The notes below the pieces were generated by a model. That model was given only the letters and a program-made list of their open reading frames with translations. It did not search any database and was not told the DNA's origin. Positions 59,752 to 64,000 of a stretch of 64,000 nt of DNA are shown one piece after another; the stretch's first letter is position 1; every line of letters begins with the position of its first letter. The DNA is from Thainema sp. (lineage in GTDB: Bacteria > Cyanobacteriota > Cyanobacteriia > Phormidesmidales > Phormidesmidaceae): positions 1-64,000 of the forward strand of contig JBQLZK010000009.1 in NCBI GenBank assembly GCA_052168235.1. Reading direction: 5' to 3'. The translations under genes were made by a program, and so were the position numbers.

Positions 59752-60030
59752 TCACACGATAAACGCCGGATCATCAACCTGGCGCTCCGGCTGCATCCCC
59801 AGAATCAGCACCTTGCGGCGGGTATGCGCCGTCATTGGGTAAAAGCGCACCTGGTCTTCTTCTGCTTTGATATAGCGAGTCAGCTTGCGTTGCAGTAGGC
59901 CAAGCTGATTGTCTTCTAGAACGCATTCAAACACCGACTTTTGAACCCGCAGACCATAGCCTTCCAGCAGATGAGCCACCTTGTTGCGCCGACTGGTTTT
60001 CACGATGTCGTAGCAAATCAGATAAAACAT
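59752..60030 (-). CDS. cas2: CRISPR-associated endonuclease Cas2
   Basis: Motifs YLICYDI, RR.KV...LEGYG.RVQKSVFEC and DQVRFY. Confidence 0.96.
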   Translation of the reverse strand: MFYLICYDIVKTSRRNKVAHLLEGYGLRVQKSVFECVLEDNQLGLLQRKLTRYIKAEEDQVRFYPMTAHTRRKVLILGMQPERQVDDPAFIV

Positions 60031-60036
60031 TGGTAA

Positions 60037-62013
60037 CTACTTACTCCATCGCATCGGGCGATAGACCTCGCGCTCTCCCATCAGGCAGGCCACGTACTCC
60101 CAAACCTGGAGTTCAAAACAGCGACGATAGTTGACCTTATGCCCCGTACTGGGATGAGTCACCTTCTTGTTGAGAAACTCTTCCCACTTCTGAAGAAACT
60201 TCTTCAGCGCATCCGGCTGGAGATACACCCCGCCACGGGCATCCGGAGGTGTAAAGTCTTCTTCGGTGAAAATATTGCTGTTAATCAAATAGGCGACACA
60301 GGCATCGACCACTGGAGCGCGGAATTCTTCAATCAGGTCGCAAACCAACGAGGGTCGATTTTTCTGGGGCTTATGCAAATTGCCAAAATGGGTGTGCAAC
60401 CCCACCGTTTCCACCATCGAGTGCAGATTCTGTGACAGCAGCGTATAGCCCAAACTGAGCAAGCTGTTCACCGGGTCAGTCGGTGGCCGACGCGTCCGCT
60501 TTTCAAACTCAAATCCACCTTTCAGCAGCGACGCATAGGCGCGAAAATAGAGGTTAGCTGCCTGCCCTTCAAAACCCAGCATGGTTTCAATCGACTCCGC
60601 CTGCTCAATCTGCTGCATCAGGTCGGGAATAGCTGCGATCGCATCTTCAGCCAATTCCGTTGGCCGCTTGCGCTGCATCCGCTTCAAGACCACTCGGCTG
60701 TTGTGTAGCTTCGCCAGAATAATGCTCTGAGCCTGTCGTTGGGTAAACTCCGGCTTTTGGGCCTGTTCCACCTGCTTGGTTAGATAGTCAATTTGAGCAT
60801 GACCTTCCGTATCCAATCTGCCAAAATAGCGACCGTTACTGGCCAAATACAGCACCGGAATCTTGCGCTGCAACGCTAAACTCACGGCTCCGTGCGATAA
60901 GTTGCAGCAACCAAACAGCACCACATGGCTAACCTGGTTGACGGGGACGCTAATTTTTAATTCCTGCTCATGAAACACCTGAAATTGCTTATGGCGAGCG
61001 CGCAGATATGCGCCTTGATCGGTTACATAGAGAGTTGTCATCGGTTCACTCCAATAGGTATCGGCATCGGCAGAACGCCGCCGCCGTTTGGTTTTGACAA
61101 TGCTGCACGCCTTAGGAGGGCCATAAGATTGGGGAGCCTTCGCCGCTTTGGGTTGAGCTGCCCGGATCGGATACTTGCGCTCAGGAGCAATTACCTGCCC
61201 ATTGCTAAACTGGTGGCCCAGAAATGTGAACGGCTCGTGGGGAGCCAAAATCTGCGTTTTCTCAGGATGCAGCGATAAATAGAGGTCATCCAGCAAATCG
61301 GTGATCAAATCCAGCGCTCGGTGGGCCTGCATCCAGCTGGGGCTGACGACGATACAGTCATCGCCATAGCGCACCAGCGGAATCCCATATTCCAAACAGG
61401 TATGGTCAAACTGGCTGAGATAGAGATTGGCCAGTGCGCCAGACAGGCTGCTGCCTTGAAGCACGCCTTTATTGAGAAACTGCCGCCGCCCGTTGACCGA
61501 AATACCTGCTTTGAGCTGCTGCTCCAGCAGTTGCACAGTCTCTGACCTCAAACCCAGTGCTTCTAGCTGTTCCAGCAAAATTGGCCAGGAAAGATTGTCA
61601 AAAAACTGCTGAATATCGGCTTTGACCACCCAGGCGGGCTGATGCTGGTAAAACTCCATCACCTTGGCCACAGCCTGATAGATCGATAGCCCCGGACGAT
61701 AGGCAAAACAGCTATCGGAAAAGGTTTCCTCCAGATAGGGATAGATGGTCTGGAGCAGAAACCGCTGCACAATCCGGTCTTCCACGGTGGGAATGCCAAT
61801 TAAGCGCCGCCCACCATTTTTCTTGGGCAGCCAAATGCCCCTGGCTGGACTGGCCGCATAGGACTGTCGCCGCAGTTGAGTCTGCATCTGGCGGATTTGG
61901 GCCTGGGCAATTCCGGCAAACAAGTCAACGGAGATGCCGTCGATACCTGCGGCTTGGCTGCCTCGCTGGACGAGATGCCAAGCGGCCACTAACTGTTCGG
62001 TCTGCACATTCAT
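60037..62013 (-). CDS. cas1: Reverse transcriptase-Cas1 fusion
   Basis: RT motifs AAGIDG, RLIGIPTVEDRIVQ, ADIQQFFD, GVLQGS.LS..LANLYL, RYGDD and FLG. Cas1 motifs TLYVTDQGA, GFEGQAA..YF, RRPPTDPVNSLLS.GY and DLIEEFR. Confidence 0.95.
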   Translation of the reverse strand: MNVQTEQLVAAWHLVQRGSQAAGIDGISVDLFAGIAQAQIRQMQTQLRRQSYAASPARGIWLPKKNGGRRLIGIPTVEDRIVQRFLLQTIYPYLEETFSDSCFAYRPGLSIYQAVAKVMEFYQHQPAWVVKADIQQFFDNLSWPILLEQLEALGLRSETVQLLEQQLKAGISVNGRRQFLNKGVLQGSSLSGALANLYLSQFDHTCLEYGIPLVRYGDDCIVVSPSWMQAHRALDLITDLLDDLYLSLHPEKTQILAPHEPFTFLGHQFSNGQVIAPERKYPIRAAQPKAAKAPQSYGPPKACSIVKTKRRRRSADADTYWSEPMTTLYVTDQGAYLRARHKQFQVFHEQELKISVPVNQVSHVVLFGCCNLSHGAVSLALQRKIPVLYLASNGRYFGRLDTEGHAQIDYLTKQVEQAQKPEFTQRQAQSIILAKLHNSRVVLKRMQRKRPTELAEDAIAAIPDLMQQIEQAESIETMLGFEGQAANLYFRAYASLLKGGFEFEKRTRRPPTDPVNSLLSLGYTLLSQNLHSMVETVGLHTHFGNLHKPQKNRPSLVCDLIEEFRAPVVDACVAYLINSNIFTEEDFTPPDARGGVYLQPDALKKFLQKWEEFLNKKVTHPSTGHKVNYRRCFELQVWEYVACLMGEREVYRPMRWSK

Positions 62014-62242
62014 GGGCTTGTCTCCCCCTGTCGCATCTAGGTTTGAGGCGTGCTTGAGGACCTCTGTACTTAGCTTGACAAGCCCGGATCGCAGTATGGG
62101 TATGCGTTATATGGGCAGCGTGTATGAGTTGTATATGACTTTTGAAAGTGCCCAGTAGTCTTTATTAGATTGGCGATTTTGGGTCTACATGGGCTACTTT
62201 GGGCTAAAGTCGTGCTGATTTGCGATGAAAGGACGCTAGCGC

Positions 62243-64000
62243 ATGGTGGGGCGATCGCTAAAGCTATCGGAACAGGGAGAACAACAGGCTCGCCAAGCCC
62301 TTGTTTATAAAAGCCTGACTCAAAAAGCGATCGCAGTTGAAGAAGGCATTGCCTCTTGGGCAACCGTCAACCGATTTTTTAACCGCAAACCTGTAGACCG
62401 CTTCATTTTTCAGGAGATCTGTCAGGTGCTGGATCTGGATTGGACAGACGTGGTAGAGCGGGAAGATACTCTGACTGATGAGTCAATTAGTGAACCTGAA
62501 ATTCAGGCAATCAGCACTCAAGATCAGCAGCTATCAGAAACAACTTTCGTTCCTGTTATGCAGAGCGATTTGCTGGAACAAGTGCGATCGCAATCGGCGG
62601 CGGCACGGGAAGCGCTGACCCCCCGGATTTTAGAGCGGATTTCGCGTCAGGTGGTGCGGGAGAAGTATTTGAGTGCGATTGATCGAGGGGTGACGCTGGA
62701 ACGTGAGCGGCTGATTCCGATTATTGGCCCGGCTGGTTATGGCAAAAGCACGATTCTGGGCGACATCTACGATCAGCTACTGGCAAAGGGGACAGTGTGG
62801 GTTGGTCTGGTGCTGTGCAGCAACCTTTCACTGTCAACCAGCTATTTGGGCGGTGTGTCGTATGGTCTAGTCTCTTCCACATTTGCGCCGAATGCGGGTC
62901 AAGCAACTGATCCGTTGAGTAACCAGCAGACGATGTTAGATCAAGCAATGGGACAAAGTCTCTGTGGTGATCTGCGATCGCTAATTGATGTGGCTCAGGA
63001 GTTGAATCAAACACTGGGGCGGGGTGTGCTGCTGATCGATACGCTCGATCTGGTGATCAACCGAGACTTTGTGCGGATCTTTGGCGCGTTAATGCGTCAG
63101 CTTTTAGCCCAGGGAACAACGGTGGTGTTTACCTGCCGCCACCATGAATATAACGACTATCTGGAACCCGTCCATCAGCGACTGCCGGGACTGGGCCAGT
63201 CAATCGATCGCTATGCAGTGCCCAACTTTTCGACGGAGGAGATCCAGGCGGCAGCGACGGCATTTTTTCGCCGCTTGGCACCAGACGATCCCGAACGGGG
63301 ACAGGCGTTTGCCGATAAGGTGCTGGCCCTCTCGGCGGATAATCGATCGCTGCGGGAGATTTTAGAAAATCCCCTGCTGCTAGCGTTGCTGTGCGATCTA
63401 TTCGGTGCAGAAGGGAATGTGCCGCCGGATTTGACCGTCAGCAAGCTGTATCAGCGCTACTGGCAAGAGAAAGTGACCTACAGCCGCATTGATCAAAGCC
63501 ACTATGCACCGCTTGCGATCGCAAAAGAGGATCTCTGTTTACGCACGGCAGAGCGGCTGTTTGACCTGTCAAAAACGCGGCTGTATGAGTCGTTTTATCG
63601 CGATGAGATGGGGCTGGAGTTTACGCCGGACGTGACGGCGGCCTACAGCGATTTGCTGAGCGAAGGGGTATTGACCCAGTTACCGTCTGGCAAGCTGCAT
63701 TTCTTTCACCAAACCCTGCTGGAATATGCGATCGCATATTGGCTGACGCGCCAGTCGGCTCAGGCACAGCGAGCGGAATTTTTTCGGCAATTGTCTGAAC
63801 CGGATACGGTTAGAGATTCTAGTTACTGGCTGCCTGTGCTGCGGCAGTTTTTGGCGATTGTGGATGAGGCGGAATTTGAGCTGTGGACAGGACGCTTGGA
63901 TTTGGAGCACATGGGCATTTTCGGGGCAGTGGCCTATGCGGCGGTTTCGCGAGATCGACCGGATGCGCTGCGGCAGTTGTTACCCGTGGCGCTGAAGCTG
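62243..64000 (+). CDS. HTH-NACHT (STAND NTPase) protein, 3' end beyond the window
   Basis: Absent from the ORF track because it has no stop in the window. MVGRSLKLS...LTQKAIA......SWATVNRFF.RKPVDR..F.EIC..L.LDW (XRE HTH), Walker A GPAGYGKST, Walker B LLIDTLD, FTCR, NPLLL and FFHQTLLEY. Confidence 0.88.
   Translation, partial: MVGRSLKLSEQGEQQARQALVYKSLTQKAIAVEEGIASWATVNRFFNRKPVDRFIFQEICQVLDLDWTDVVEREDTLTDESISEPEIQAISTQDQQLSETTFVPVMQSDLLEQVRSQSAAAREALTPRILERISRQVVREKYLSAIDRGVTLERERLIPIIGPAGYGKSTILGDIYDQLLAKGTVWVGLVLCSNLSLSTSYLGGVSYGLVSSTFAPNAGQATDPLSNQQTMLDQAMGQSLCGDLRSLIDVAQELNQTLGRGVLLIDTLDLVINRDFVRIFGALMRQLLAQGTTVVFTCRHHEYNDYLEPVHQRLPGLGQSIDRYAVPNFSTEEIQAAATAFFRRLAPDDPERGQAFADKVLALSADNRSLREILENPLLLALLCDLFGAEGNVPPDLTVSKLYQRYWQEKVTYSRIDQSHYAPLAIAKEDLCLRTAERLFDLSKTRLYESFYRDEMGLEFTPDVTAAYSDLLSEGVLTQLPSGKLHFFHQTLLEYAIAYWLTRQSAQAQRAEFFRQLSEPDTVRDSSYWLPVLRQFLAIVDEAEFELWTGRLDLEHMGIFGAVAYAAVSRDRPDALRQLLPVALKL

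Noticed and set aside
59280..62013. Diversity-generating retroelement or group II intron (RT plus Avd-like gene)
   Set aside because: The RT is fused to Cas1 with no maturase or endonuclease domain, and I saw no template/variable repeat pair or intron domain V.
1..64000. rRNA, tRNA or riboswitch genes; the many other antisense ORFs in the track
   Set aside because: No recognisable RNA-gene signatures by eye, and the remaining ORFs are shadows of well-supported CDSs.

Overview
Cyanobacterial DNA (HIP1 GCGATCGC is frequent; Leptolyngbyaceae-like), most likely from a large plasmid because it carries a DUF3854/CyRepA1-type replication gene. Left to right: (1) transposon debris: an ISNCY-like pseudogene, a 694-bp mini-Tn3 and a decayed IS1. 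(2) A nitrogen-catabolic cluster: hydantoinase/oxoprolinase A and B, an RraA-like aldolase, diaminopropionate ammonia-lyase and an M20 carbamoylase. (3) A ~29-kb heavy-metal/copper island: two mirror-image RppAB + RND modules, DmeF, a decayed nrsD, three DUF305 proteins, DUF411, a P1B ATPase and a multicopper oxidase, with recognisable CopR/NrsR-, MerR- and InrS-type operators. (4) The replicon, with a putative antisense-controlled leader. (5) A DUF4347 protein ending in a colicin-M-like domain, followed by a candidate immunity gene. (6) GH10, NERD-UvrD and Uma2 genes. (7) A type III-like CRISPR array (41 repeats, 40 spacers) downstream of an RT-Cas1 / Cas2 / four-helix-bundle / RelE-like operon, followed by a divergent HTH-NACHT gene that runs off the window. 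The most striking signal is that many spacers fold into hairpins and read as coding sequence on the strand opposite the crRNA, which suggests memory of a structured RNA replicon such as an RNA phage. All family calls come from motif recognition by eye; no database search was run.
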